The translations under genes and the position numbers were made by a program. Below the pieces are notes generated by a model that worked only from the letters and a program-made list of their open reading frames with translations, searched no databases and had not been told where the DNA came from. From Nitrosopumilaceae archaeon (GTDB lineage: Archaea; Thermoproteota; Nitrososphaeria; Nitrososphaerales; Nitrosopumilaceae), in contig CBDATR010000024.1 in NCBI GenBank assembly GCA_965200155.1, positions 1-64,000 of the forward strand: a stretch of 64,000 nucleotides of DNA. The letters are read 5' to 3'. Positions 33,533-44,215 of this stretch are shown one piece after another (position 1 is the stretch's first letter; each line of letters opens with the position of its first letter).

Positions 33533-33826
33533 GTGAGAATATTCACCGTAGGCAGCAAATCTTTTGTGACAAGTTTTCAGCTTGCTGGTGTACCTGGTCG
33601 TATAGCAGAGAACCCGGGTAATGCAATGGATCATATCAAACAACTGGTTGACGACCCCGAGGTGGGCATAGTATTGGTAAGTGATGACATTGCCGAGTCA
33701 GTGGGTGATGATCTGACATATTTGAGGGCTAAAAAGTCTGCATTGGTATTCGCATTGCCCGCAGCAGGCAGCAAAAAAGTTGATGTAGACTATCGCCATA
33801 TGCTGAAAAAGATACTGGGTGTATAG
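33533..33826 (+). CDS. atpF: A/V-type ATP synthase subunit F
   Basis: RIFTVG...FQLAGV, GIVLV, final KKILGV. Confidence 0.85.
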   Translation: MRIFTVGSKSFVTSFQLAGVPGRIAENPGNAMDHIKQLVDDPEVGIVLVSDDIAESVGDDLTYLRAKKSALVFALPAAGSKKVDVDYRHMLKKILGV

Positions 33827-33828
33827 GT

Positions 33829-34854
33829 ATGAAAGCGGCTAGGGTAGGTGGCCCGTCACAAATATCTGTGCACGAGTCTTCCCGGCCTATTCTGGGACTT
33901 GGTGACATACTAGTACGCATGCACTCATGCGGTATATGTGGCTCGGATATAGAGAAGGTATACGGAGAGTACAGTCAGCCATCCACAAAGTTGGGACACG
34001 AACCCGCAGGGGTGGTGGTGGCTACGGGCAATAACGTAAAAGAGTTTACCGTTGGAGACCGTGTATTCACGCACCATCATGTTCCATGCTACCAGTGTTA
34101 TCTGTGCCGTCATGGTAATGAGACACGCTGTGATGAATACTCAAAATCCAATCTTGTTCCTTGCGGACTGGCCCAGGAGTATGTGGTACCTGCCTGGAAT
34201 GTGGAGCGAGGTGGTGTGATACGACTGCCCGATTCTGTATCATTTGATCAGGCCGCAATGATAGAGCCATTGGCATGTTGTGTGCGATCATGGTCCCGGT
34301 GCCAGTATCAGAAGGGCGACTCAGTAGCCATATTTGGTACAGGTTCCACCGGTATGATGCATGCCATGCTGGCTATGCACTATGGACTGTCTGGTGTATA
34401 CTGCATAGACGTCAACAGGTTCCGTCTTTCCTTTGCCCAAAAGATTGGCGTAAGTGATTGTCTTGTAGCAGATATGACCGTTCCGGACACACTGCACCGG
34501 TGGACAGACGGGCGAGGTGTTGACTTGGCTGTGGTGGCCACGGGAAGCATGGTCGCCTTTCAGTCAGCCATACGCTCGGTGAGGTATGGTGGCACAGTAC
34601 TAATGTTTGGTGTTCCATCAAAAGGCCAAACTGTACAGCTGGATATGGATTATGTATATTCCCGGGAGATTAGAATACATGGTAGCTATGCAGCCTCAGA
34701 CAGGGATACAAACCAGGCACTAAAACTCATACGCGACGGGGATGTGAATGTGGGGCAGCTGATCACGCATAGGTACAACATATCCGAGTCTCAAAAGGCC
34801 TTTGATCATGCAAGATCAGGCAAAGATGCAATAAAGATAATCATAACAGGATAA
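33829..34854 (+). CDS. Zinc-dependent medium-chain dehydrogenase (sorbitol/threonine dehydrogenase-like)
   Basis: CGICGSD, GHE, CxxCxxC..C structural zinc site, GTGSTG. Confidence 0.9.
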   Translation: MKAARVGGPSQISVHESSRPILGLGDILVRMHSCGICGSDIEKVYGEYSQPSTKLGHEPAGVVVATGNNVKEFTVGDRVFTHHHVPCYQCYLCRHGNETRCDEYSKSNLVPCGLAQEYVVPAWNVERGGVIRLPDSVSFDQAAMIEPLACCVRSWSRCQYQKGDSVAIFGTGSTGMMHAMLAMHYGLSGVYCIDVNRFRLSFAQKIGVSDCLVADMTVPDTLHRWTDGRGVDLAVVATGSMVAFQSAIRSVRYGGTVLMFGVPSKGQTVQLDMDYVYSREIRIHGSYAASDRDTNQALKLIRDGDVNVGQLITHRYNISESQKAFDHARSGKDAIKIIITG

Positions 34855-34972
34855 TCTATCTCGTGCCTACATTTACGCACAGCAGATGTAGTTGGTACTT
34901 TATGTGTGGTTGGGAAAGACGTGAACTCGCGCTAATGATTTGCGAGATTGATGAATACGTAATTCGTGCGGT

Positions 34973-35064
34973 GTATGAGTTCACGCCTTCCGGAATCTTA
35001 TGCACAAATCACATTAACTGTCGCGATCAGTTGTGCGTAAATTTAGACACAGGTGAACTCATAC
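34973..35064 (+). mobile_element. 92-bp MITE copy
   Basis: TSD CGTGCGGT; a degenerate older copy lies just upstream at about 34860-34930. Confidence 0.95.
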
Positions 35065-35408
35065 CGTGCGGTAGCTGTTTGGGTCGCCTCGTGCATAGAT
35101 TACATCATACTTTCTCCATTGGTCTGTATTTTCCTGATAGTGGTATGCTATTCTGCCCTCACGCGACAATGAGGGTGCCGTAGCATGATTTATGAATTGG
35201 GGCATGAGTTCCGGGGCGTACATGTATGCATGCTTTATGGCGGCCATGAGTCTTTGTGTAGTAAATATTGCATTTGTCACAGAGTCTCCGTCTTGCATGT
35301 CAACGACTTATGGCGTTTACCATAATGTACTGTGGGCGACTTAAACCGTTACCGGAACATGTTTTGCCATATATAGCGCTTATAACATACCATTTTATCT
35401 ACAATCTT

Positions 35409-35912
35409 ATGGGATCTAGGGGTAAGATAATAACTGCATCTGCACTTGCTGGTCTAACCTTGGCATTGGCGCTGGTATTCATAATTAATCTCTCTGACTG
35501 GCTACCACAGGATACGGCCATGGTCATAATAACGGACGACTACAGTAGCCTGCTGGATGAATCACTAAACATACAGAATGCAATTCATGACTCACTGTGG
35601 GATCAATACCAGAGCATGCTAAACGGAACTATTACTACCCAGGAATACTCCGTCATGGCTCAGACCGCCTTAGATCAGACTACTGCCCAGATAAGGACGT
35701 TAGTGACAGCAGGTGCTCCTCCTCAGTGGGCAGAGAGATATAGTCAGGCAATAGAGTCTTTGCGAGCATTCAACAGCATGATCCGTGAGACTGTGGTCCA
35801 TGCAGACATCCTAGAGCGTGGTGACCGCGATGATGACACGGTACAGCGAGTGGCTGACCTACGACAGCGAGTTGCAGAGCATGCGGACTTGGCCGAGATA
35901 TCTAGGCCGTGA
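35409..35912 (+). CDS. Membrane-anchored helical hypothetical protein
   Basis: N-terminal TM helix after a TATA-like TTATAA; start 35409 preferred. Confidence 0.65.
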   Translation: MGSRGKIITASALAGLTLALALVFIINLSDWLPQDTAMVIITDDYSSLLDESLNIQNAIHDSLWDQYQSMLNGTITTQEYSVMAQTALDQTTAQIRTLVTAGAPPQWAERYSQAIESLRAFNSMIRETVVHADILERGDRDDDTVQRVADLRQRVAEHADLAEISRP

Positions 35913-35916
35913 TAAC

Positions 35917-36417
35917 TTGGAATCGAGGTCTCTTGTATCACTGCTAATGTTGCGGCAGGATGATCCCAAAAAGTGTACAGCTATGAGGATGGTAAAATTT
36001 GGACTTGCGCGCCCGGTCCGCCGCATACCCCGGAACTCCATACTATTACATCCGTACAATTCGAGGATGATACTGCCGTCGCATAGCTCCAGTACGTTAT
36101 GCGCCATAGACTGCTCTTGGAAGAAGGCTGTAGACCAGTTTACCACATATCGTGATGGTTATTGTCTTCCGCCACTCTTGGCAGGGAACCCGGTAAACTA
36201 TTCTAGAATGGGCGTGCTTAGTACCGCCGAGGCGGTAGCGGCAGCATTATACATAACGGGCAACCCAGAGGGATCTTATATGATAATGAACAAGTTCCGA
36301 TGGGGTCACACATTCTTGGAACTTAACAAGAATATTTTAGATGAATACTCACAAGCCACTACACAAGAAGACATGCTGGATATATCCTCGTCTTACGGGC
36401 TTGTATCAACTTTATAA
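35917..36417 (+). CDS. tsr3: SSU rRNA aminocarboxypropyltransferase Tsr3 (DUF367)
   Basis: QDDPKKCT, IDCSW, LPPLLAGNPVNY, LSTAEA, FRWGHTFLELN. Confidence 0.92.
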   Translation: MESRSLVSLLMLRQDDPKKCTAMRMVKFGLARPVRRIPRNSILLHPYNSRMILPSHSSSTLCAIDCSWKKAVDQFTTYRDGYCLPPLLAGNPVNYSRMGVLSTAEAVAAALYITGNPEGSYMIMNKFRWGHTFLELNKNILDEYSQATTQEDMLDISSSYGLVSTL

Positions 36418-36426
36418 TCTCACATT

Positions 36427-36518
36427 GTATGAGTTCACGTCTTCCGGAATCTTATGCACAAATCACATTAACTGTCACGATCAGTTATGCGTAAATTTAG
36501 ACATAGGTGAACTCATAC
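36427..36518 (+). mobile_element. 92-bp MITE copy
   Basis: TSD CTCACATT. Confidence 0.95.
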
Positions 36519-36597
36519 CTCACATTACCAATCCTGTCCACACATTACTATCCGACGTGTGTATTTGTTCTCACACTTTTATGTGCCTGTTTGGGAA

Positions 36598-39072
36598 CTA
36601 TTTCTTGCGCTTCTTATACACCACAGCGGCTATGATTCCGATTATCCCAAGAATTGCTGGTATTATTGCCCAACTCAACATCTGGCCCTCCTCAATAACC
36701 TGGTCAGGCTCTGCTACCTCTACTAGTGGCATTTCCGTGTCCTGAGGCGCCTCGCTTTCCTCAATAACTTGGTCCGGTTGGCTCATGCCAATGACAAAGA
36801 ACTCCCCTGAGTACAAGTCTGGTCTCATCACATCCTCAGACAGCGCAAATATCTTGAAACTGGCTGCACCTGCATCTATGTTTGAGGAGTCTATGCTAAT
36901 TGTATTCTCGCCATCGGATAACGATACCTCTTCGGATATGGCCATGTTTCCCGAGGAGTCTGTCACAAAGTACTTGGCTGACGTCGCATCCTGGACGGTT
37001 AGTCGTATGTCAAACTGTCCTGATACGGTGTCTGGAATATCTATGCTTGTTATCTGTGGCGTACTAACATTCTCAAATACGGACCATCTGTCTGGAGCGA
37101 AGGGATATGCGTCATCCTGGTTCCGCGTTACTGTTATTGTGCGTGCTTCTGGCGAGTATCCTTCCAGAACATATGGTCCATTGCTTATGGCCACGTGTCC
37201 TGTATCTACAATCCATTGCTCGGTAGCGTGATATCTGGAATCTGCATCTGCACTTGTACCCTCTAATGCATCAGGTACTGCGCCAGACTGCGCCAGCCTT
37301 GTAATGTATTCTTGTAGTATTTCCACATCGTTAGGGACAATAACCGACAGCCAGCTGGCCTCTGCACTGGTGGCTGCGGATCGGGAAAATGCGGTCTTTC
37401 CATCTATAACGGCCAATTCCATGGCATAGTATACTTCCCATGGCATATCTATTCCCAGACTGGCCCATGCGGCTATCTCTCCCTCATCAAAGTGCCAATA
37501 ATCTACGTACACCTCTATTGTATCTGAGTCAATCACTCGTACACCCTTGAGCATGTTCGCAAACTGCTCCGCTGTTGGCGTATACTCAGGATCAAATGTA
37601 CGCGATGATTCTCCCTCACGTGTGCCCCATTCTGTGGCAAAGTAGACTGCGTAAAGTATGTCATCCATACTCATGGGTATGCCATGGTGCCAGTTACCAA
37701 AGGTGTAATGAAACGTCACGGCGCTGGTGGCTTCTGCACCATCTCCCACCTCGTACCAAGTCTGCTCTGCGGGATCCCATAGTATGGCATCCGGTGGCAC
37801 TTGTAGTGCATCTCGCGGTCCTGCTGTGCTTATGTCCCAGTCAGCGATAACAGGAATGGTCTCTCCTGAGTAGGGGTGCCTGAATAATGAGGGATCTGAT
37901 AATACCAACCATATTTGTTTACTGTACACATCAGTAAGACCACCCACCGGATTCCAAGATCCTTGGTAAATTTGCTTAACTCCCACATCTAGCTTGCCGT
38001 CTTCCGTACGGGCGTTTATTGGTGTAAATCTGCTGGGTATGCCCGCGCCGAAATCATTTATCACGCCCTCTACTCCCTCGTTCACAACATACAGGTCTAT
38101 GGTACTAGCCAAGAATATGCGAACGCTCTCGTCTGCACCATGCGATAATGCCTCTTTAATTAGTGATACGCGCTCCTCGGCTGATTCAAACTCTGCTGTG
38201 TATATGGCCTGAGTAACATTATCTAGACGCGGATGCTCGTAGTTCCAGAATGCCGGATTATCAAAACCGGGCATATTAGAGTACCATGGGGCATACATCT
38301 GCGATAACCCTGTCGAGTCATATCGCACAAAACCTGTCCGCCCCCATCCTTCCGTGTACAGGTTCCATCTCATATCTGCGGGATCAGATCCATATACTAC
38401 GTTAAACGCCTTGTTGAGATCACCGTAATCTCTGTATACTACAAAACCTGCTTCTTCCAGCTCTATCGCGAGGAGCTCGCCTAGTGACTTGCGCGTGGGA
38501 TCATCACTTCGTATAAACGCCGTAATCTCTACTGGTTCTCCATTTACCACCCATACGCCGTCTTCTATAACTCCGCCCGCCGCTGTCATGGCCGTGTTTA
38601 TCATGGAACGTGCCTGTTCCGGATTGTATCTAAAATTGAAGGACTCAATATCCTCTATTACGGATATGTATTCCGGGTCAAACTGCCCATAATACGCATA
38701 CATGGGTGCCCCGTATCCGTCCATTAGCTCATTTACTACTAGATTACGATCTAGCAAGTAGTTTACGGCAAATCGTATGTCCTTTATGGAGAATGGATTG
38801 AATACGTCCGCCTCCGCAGGATTGAGGAGTATGCTAAAGGAGCCTCCTGTGGATTCGTATACCTTGAGGCCTTCCCTAGACTCTGGATCCGAGATCCTGT
38901 CAGACGGTATACTCCAGTAATACATGTCAATATTACCCTTTTTTACTTCCTCCAAGGCAGTATTCTCGTCTAGATATTGTATGAACCGTATCATGTCAAA
39001 ACCATTCTCTCCATATGCTACTCCGGTACCTAGTATTACTGTGGATAGAGCTAGAATTACATACCCACGCAT
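36598..39072 (-). CDS. ABC transporter substrate-binding protein (peptide/nickel family 5)
   Basis: Signal peptide, NPFS..IRFAVN, SNGPY, C-terminal TM anchor with basic tail. Confidence 0.85.
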   Translation of the reverse strand: MRGYVILALSTVILGTGVAYGENGFDMIRFIQYLDENTALEEVKKGNIDMYYWSIPSDRISDPESREGLKVYESTGGSFSILLNPAEADVFNPFSIKDIRFAVNYLLDRNLVVNELMDGYGAPMYAYYGQFDPEYISVIEDIESFNFRYNPEQARSMINTAMTAAGGVIEDGVWVVNGEPVEITAFIRSDDPTRKSLGELLAIELEEAGFVVYRDYGDLNKAFNVVYGSDPADMRWNLYTEGWGRTGFVRYDSTGLSQMYAPWYSNMPGFDNPAFWNYEHPRLDNVTQAIYTAEFESAEERVSLIKEALSHGADESVRIFLASTIDLYVVNEGVEGVINDFGAGIPSRFTPINARTEDGKLDVGVKQIYQGSWNPVGGLTDVYSKQIWLVLSDPSLFRHPYSGETIPVIADWDISTAGPRDALQVPPDAILWDPAEQTWYEVGDGAEATSAVTFHYTFGNWHHGIPMSMDDILYAVYFATEWGTREGESSRTFDPEYTPTAEQFANMLKGVRVIDSDTIEVYVDYWHFDEGEIAAWASLGIDMPWEVYYAMELAVIDGKTAFSRSAATSAEASWLSVIVPNDVEILQEYITRLAQSGAVPDALEGTSADADSRYHATEQWIVDTGHVAISNGPYVLEGYSPEARTITVTRNQDDAYPFAPDRWSVFENVSTPQITSIDIPDTVSGQFDIRLTVQDATSAKYFVTDSSGNMAISEEVSLSDGENTISIDSSNIDAGAASFKIFALSEDVMRPDLYSGEFFVIGMSQPDQVIEESEAPQDTEMPLVEVAEPDQVIEEGQMLSWAIIPAILGIIGIIAAVVYKKRKK

Positions 39073-39119
39073 GTTTTTGAATAATATATGTGCTATAAAA
39101 CTGTCTTGTTTTGTATAGT

Positions 39120-40290
39120 TTGTTGTATAACTCCAAACAAGTTAGATTAAAAATGTATGTGAGGAACGGTTTGAGTATTTTCGTTCATTCTGTCAGTGAT
39201 TACTAGATTGGATCCAAGCATTAATAGCTGAGATTTTTTAAACAAACTTGATGGTATTCACCGACAATGCCAGGTACGTCCAGCGGAAGGCTATTTGGCT
39301 TTGATCATACGTGGAATTGGAAAGGCTAACCATAACAAGGAGGGTGCTCCCTACCAGTATGCCGTGGGCATGTTACATGACACTGAGAACGGCATTAGGT
39401 ATGAGATACAGGCAGGTATCCGGATTCCTTGCAGGACTACTGGAAGGGCACCAAACCCCGCACTACTCCACAATATACATACGCGGAAAAGATCTTGACA
39501 TAGAAGGGGAATGGTATGATTATCGGTACAGACAAAAAGCTAACTAGAACCATGATTGTTGACTCGGCCGGCCTTGAATCGTGACGAGTGGATTAGGGCC
39601 AAATGGAAAAAGAGGCGCGGATTCATGTGCTCGCGGACTGGGTGAACATATGCATTTACGGTTACCGGCGAGTGGGTTGGGGATACGCGCATGTTAAACA
39701 ATGCAGTACTGGGCTTGTATGCAGAAGAGCCACAACTGTACAGGGGGCACACCCTGGAATTGGAAAGTTCCGGACTCATTGCAACAGTTGCCATCTCTGG
39801 CAGGACCAACAGATAAGCCACTACCCGGAAACGCGCTGACTAACGGTGTGTCCCCCTTACCGAATAATGATGAGAAGCGCACATTTAATCTGGAATTACT
39901 TGCGGATGGCGCATACGCGTCCAGGGGTAACATGAAATTGTGCAGTCATAATCGAATCCGGACAACCATTCCACTTCAGCTAAATTCCACCAAAGGAAAG
40001 GCAACTCATGGGGACTTGCAGTCTTGGAGGAAGTCCGGAATCACCCATTTTCCGCCTTTCTGATGAGGAAAAGGCCAAAAACAAGCAGTACTTGAAGGCG
40101 GCAAAAGGATACAACAGGCGATGGATAATCTAGATAATCAGAGCCGGTTCCCGTTCAAACGATTATTCGGACACGGATTAATGGCGCGGAAATGGGATAA
40201 CATACGAGTACAACGAGTGGGTGGACGCGGTAGCAACGTAGATTACGACATGGGGAACCTGTATTCTGTCAAAGTCAGTTCTGTAACAAA
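39120..40290 (+). pseudogene. IS5-family (IS903-like) transposase remnant
   Basis: GAPYQY, YRQVSGF, PHYSTI, IVDSAGL, EWIRAKW, LLADGAY, YNRRW..FKRLFG; many frameshifts; boundaries approximate. Confidence 0.75.
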
Positions 40291-40610
40291 CTCTTTGTGG
40301 CGCCTGCCCTTTAATACTCTGGAGATAACGGATCTCCAGTGATATTTCCCGGTGTTTAATATTATGAATCATAGTTCTGCCATTGGTGTCATGTAGCAGC
40401 TAAATGTTTCCCACCGGCATCCACACCCCGTGCTACACCGGTCTTGACGTGTTTTGGCGCTTTCTCCCCTATGTTGATGTGAATCTCTAATACGCGCTCT
40501 TCCGGTCTCGTTTTTTAGTGATGTGTATCAGATGGGAGTTTGAACTCCGGGGCGATCAAAATGGCCGCAGCAGGCATATACTCTAAATAGGTAACATGCA
40601 ACGTTCAGGC

Positions 40611-42047
40611 ATGAACATAAGTGTCTCCTCAAGTCCCCAAGGCGCAGATATTCTGTGCTACATGATAAACGAAAATGGCGCCATACCCTACCCTAGTACT
40701 GTTCCCGACTCTGCGCTGCGCCAAATACAAAAAGATCTGGACGGGCGTTTTAATCACACCATACACACGGCAAATCCCGAGGGAGACCCACCCCGTATTC
40801 TCCTGGCAGGGTTGGGACCAAAAGAAAAGATGGACCAGGATACCATAAGACATGTGGCAGGCACCATAGCCAAGAAGGTTGAGGAGATGCGGATACACAG
40901 ATTCGCGATACAATGCCCCGAGGGGTATGATCCTCAAGAATCCGCTGCCCAGATTGTAGAGGGCGCCATGCTAGCCCTGTACAAGTTTGATCAGTACAAG
41001 GCAAAAAAAGCTGATAAGGCGCCAGATATGACCATAGTATCTAAATCCAACATTACCGATGCGGTACGCAGGGCCGAGGCGACCTCCAGTGGCGTGATAT
41101 TGACGCGTGATGTGGCGAACCAACCTCCCAACGAGTGTCCCCCGGAAGGTATGGCATCATATGCAGAACATTTGGCCAGACATGAAAATGTTACATGCAC
41201 CGTGCTGTCTGACGCTGAACTTGTAGAGGGTGGATTTGGCGGAATCATCGCGGTCGGCAAGGGTAGTGCCAACACCCCACGTCTCATCATATTACAATAT
41301 AACGGAGGACAGGGAAATCCCGTCGCATTAGTGGGCAAAGCAGTGACTTTCGACACCGGTGGTATATCGATAAAGCCCGGTGAAAAGATGGACGAAATGA
41401 AATTTGACAAATGCGGTGGCTGCACAGTACTGGGAATAATAGATGCCGCGGCAAGGATGAAACTGCCCGTCAACATAGTGGGCGCAATACCATCGGTGGA
41501 AAATATGCCCGGAGGCGAATCATACAGACCAGGAGACATAATCAAGCTGTACAATGGAAAAACCGCAGAGATACTCAACACCGACGCGGAAGGTAGACTC
41601 ATACTTGCCGATGCATTATCGTATGTGGAACGCAAGTTTGCTCCCCGTGCAATAATAGACTTTGCTACCCTAACGGGCGCATGTATCATAGCCTTAGGAT
41701 GTGATGTTGCAGGGATGGTTTCAAACGATGATGATTTAGTAATCGCGATACAGGGATCCAGCGCACAAACCGCCGAAGGAATATGGCGCCTGCCCCTAGA
41801 CCGGGACTATATGGATATGGTAAAGTCAAAAGTGGCAGACATAAAGAATCTTGGTAGTGGCCGAGCAGCAGGAACCATAGCTGCAGCAGCATTTCTGCGC
41901 AATGCCATAGAAACTACCCCGTGGATGCACTTGGATATAGCGGGTACTGCATGGGTGCAGCCGCCATCCAAGAACAAGCCGTACAATCCACCGGGTGCAA
42001 CAGGTTTTGGTGTGCGCCTCATACTAGACTATCTTTGCAAGCTGTGA
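40611..42047 (+). CDS. pepA: Leucyl aminopeptidase (M17)
   Basis: VGKAVTFDTGG, MKFDK, NTDAEGRL, ATLTGA, HLDIAG. Confidence 0.95.
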   Translation: MNISVSSSPQGADILCYMINENGAIPYPSTVPDSALRQIQKDLDGRFNHTIHTANPEGDPPRILLAGLGPKEKMDQDTIRHVAGTIAKKVEEMRIHRFAIQCPEGYDPQESAAQIVEGAMLALYKFDQYKAKKADKAPDMTIVSKSNITDAVRRAEATSSGVILTRDVANQPPNECPPEGMASYAEHLARHENVTCTVLSDAELVEGGFGGIIAVGKGSANTPRLIILQYNGGQGNPVALVGKAVTFDTGGISIKPGEKMDEMKFDKCGGCTVLGIIDAAARMKLPVNIVGAIPSVENMPGGESYRPGDIIKLYNGKTAEILNTDAEGRLILADALSYVERKFAPRAIIDFATLTGACIIALGCDVAGMVSNDDDLVIAIQGSSAQTAEGIWRLPLDRDYMDMVKSKVADIKNLGSGRAAGTIAAAAFLRNAIETTPWMHLDIAGTAWVQPPSKNKPYNPPGATGFGVRLILDYLCKL

Positions 42048-42133
42048 GTCCACGCATGATACAATTGTCATGATTCTATCGCGTTAGTGGTAATAACTAA
42101 ACATGCTTTGTCATAAATTTTAACACGCCGCAC

Positions 42134-42262
42134 CTAGTAACCGCGGCTATTCCGATCTGGCTTTGATATATTGGGATTTCTGAATCCGTGCTTCTCCATC
42201 ATGTGGTTCAGGAATGCTATATCATTGGGAAATGATGCACCACATACAGAACAGATTGCCAT
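42134..42262 (-). CDS. Small C2H2 zinc-finger protein (42 aa)
   Basis: MAICSVCGASFPNDIAFLNHMMEKHGF = C-x2-C-x3-F-x8-H-x4-H; below the ORF-track cutoff. Confidence 0.7.
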   Translation of the reverse strand: MAICSVCGASFPNDIAFLNHMMEKHGFRNPNISKPDRNSRGY

Positions 42263-42337
42263 ACTACAGGTATGGCATCGCTGTAATATATGGGGAGCTA
42301 TGATCATAAGCCAGTGTCTAATTATAAAAAAAGGCGG

Positions 42338-42955
42338 TTATGCAGCTGATGCCAATCGCTTCTCAACCTCATCCCAGTTTACCACATTCCACCAAGCAGA
42401 TATGTAGTCGGGTCTGCGGTTCTGATACTTGAGGTAGTATGCGTGCTCCCAAACATCACATCCCAACAAGGGCACCAAGCCTTCGGTACGGGGACTGGTC
42501 TGGTTTGGCATGGACTTGTACTCTACACTCTTTGAAGATGGATTGTACACGAGCCATCCCCATCCGCTACCTTGTATTACGGCAGTGGTTGATGAGAACT
42601 TTTCCTTGAACTGTCCAAAGCCTCCGAAAGTCTTGGATATGGCATCGGCCGTGGCGCCACCGGGTTCCCCGCCACCGTTTCCGCTCATCGCGTTCCAGAA
42701 TAGGCGGTGGTTGTCATAGCCTCCACCATTGAAGTTTATGGCACCCCGTTGTTCGGTAGGAACCGAGTCCAGGTTTGCCAGTATATTCAATATGTCCACA
42801 TCCTGTACATTGGCGGGACATTTTTCCAAGGCGGCATTGAGTTTGGTGGTATATGTCTGATGGTGCTTTGTGTGGTGTATCTCCATAGTCCTAGCATCTA
42901 TGTGTGGCTCTAGTGCATCGTATGAGTATGGCACATCAGGTAATGAATATGTCAT
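42338..42955 (-). CDS. sod: Fe/Mn superoxide dismutase
   Basis: HHTKHH, NHRLFW, GSGWGWL, DVWEHAYY. Confidence 0.97.
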   Translation of the reverse strand: MTYSLPDVPYSYDALEPHIDARTMEIHHTKHHQTYTTKLNAALEKCPANVQDVDILNILANLDSVPTEQRGAINFNGGGYDNHRLFWNAMSGNGGGEPGGATADAISKTFGGFGQFKEKFSSTTAVIQGSGWGWLVYNPSSKSVEYKSMPNQTSPRTEGLVPLLGCDVWEHAYYLKYQNRRPDYISAWWNVVNWDEVEKRLASAA

Positions 42956-43325
42956 GGCACCAAACATTCTGTTAATCCATTTATAGCTTAACAAATAGTC
43001 AAATGGGGACCATTTAGATCATTGTGACATACCCACACATGACACCGGCATGCCTCGGATTAGACCAGAACCATACGAATCCTGTTGTCGCCACGGAACA
43101 GTTGTTAGGTTAGAGGTAGCCACTCCAAGATGGTACCGAACAAATCCAGGGCGTCGCGCTCAGGTCCACCACCAAACCTGATGCTTTAAACATGAATTCT
43201 GGGATGGCGCAAACATGCCTGTTATTTGACAGTGTTTGGAAATCGGCATTTCAGTGCCACGCATAATGGAGTCGCCTCAAAGTTGGAGTAATGCCATTGG
43301 AGGACATAATGTCATCAGTGTAAAC

Positions 43326-44165
43326 CTAAGCCGACCGTGTCACTGCGCATGCAACTTCGATCCATCCACTTCTTTCAGTGGGAAAATGCTGATTGGTTCC
43401 TGTGCGCTTGAGTTCCATACTTTGCATGGTGTGCCGACTCTTCATGCTGCCACCCATTGAGGTAATTTGTGATACTACAGTGTCATAGCCAAACCGATAG
43501 ATATCCATGGGATTGGACACATTCTTCACTATAATATCAAAGACGTTAGTGGCTATGTGAGACCGGGTAGACTCTACCATGTTAGGCGGTACAATGTACT
43601 CCAAGATCACATAATTGCTAGCGCCGTTGCCCAATAATGATATTAGGCCCCATAGCGTGTCAGGCCCCACATAGTATGATATTCCTTCAAATACCATAAC
43701 GGAGGGCTCCTCCTTGGACCAACCGTGAGATATTAGTTGACGTGCAACCTCACCGGTTTTATGTAAATCCATATCTATGAATTCAATGCGATCCGCAACA
43801 TCAGGTACAGAAGCTTGCACAAGTTCCCGCTTCAGGCGCATTTGGTCTTGGTCTACTTCATACACACGGACATCATCTACTTGGGATACCAGCTCCAGTG
43901 ACAGTGAGTCAACCCCACTACCCAATATCACCACCTGCTTGGTGCCGGCATGGATATAACGTAGTATCTCATTTAGGATGCAGTCTTTCCTGTTCTTCAC
44001 CAACTCGCCTAGATGCGGCCACACAGTAGAGCATTTTTGCATGAGCCACGATCCTGCGTTGAGATCCAGCATGGATCTATACTCCAATGCATGCTTACTG
44101 GTATGGACAAGTCCCTCATCAAGCATCACAACAAATGCAGACGTGTCAGATATTTCATACGACAA
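43326..44165 (-). CDS. Class I SAM-dependent methyltransferase (LCM/O-methyltransferase family)
   Basis: QVVILGSGVDS, YEVD, EGISYY. Confidence 0.85.
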   Translation of the reverse strand: MSYEISDTSAFVVMLDEGLVHTSKHALEYRSMLDLNAGSWLMQKCSTVWPHLGELVKNRKDCILNEILRYIHAGTKQVVILGSGVDSLSLELVSQVDDVRVYEVDQDQMRLKRELVQASVPDVADRIEFIDMDLHKTGEVARQLISHGWSKEEPSVMVFEGISYYVGPDTLWGLISLLGNGASNYVILEYIVPPNMVESTRSHIATNVFDIIVKNVSNPMDIYRFGYDTVVSQITSMGGSMKSRHTMQSMELKRTGTNQHFPTERSGWIEVACAVTRSA

Positions 44166-44215
44166 TAATACAAAGCATTAATAATTTTATTATATATTTT
44201 TGCAATTGATATTTT

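Noticed and set aside
42759-42770. GGAACCGAGTCC inside sod as a scar
   Set aside because: It encodes LDSVP in a normal-length conserved SOD segment, so it is a chance match; this shows short motif hits without a reference allele are unreliable.
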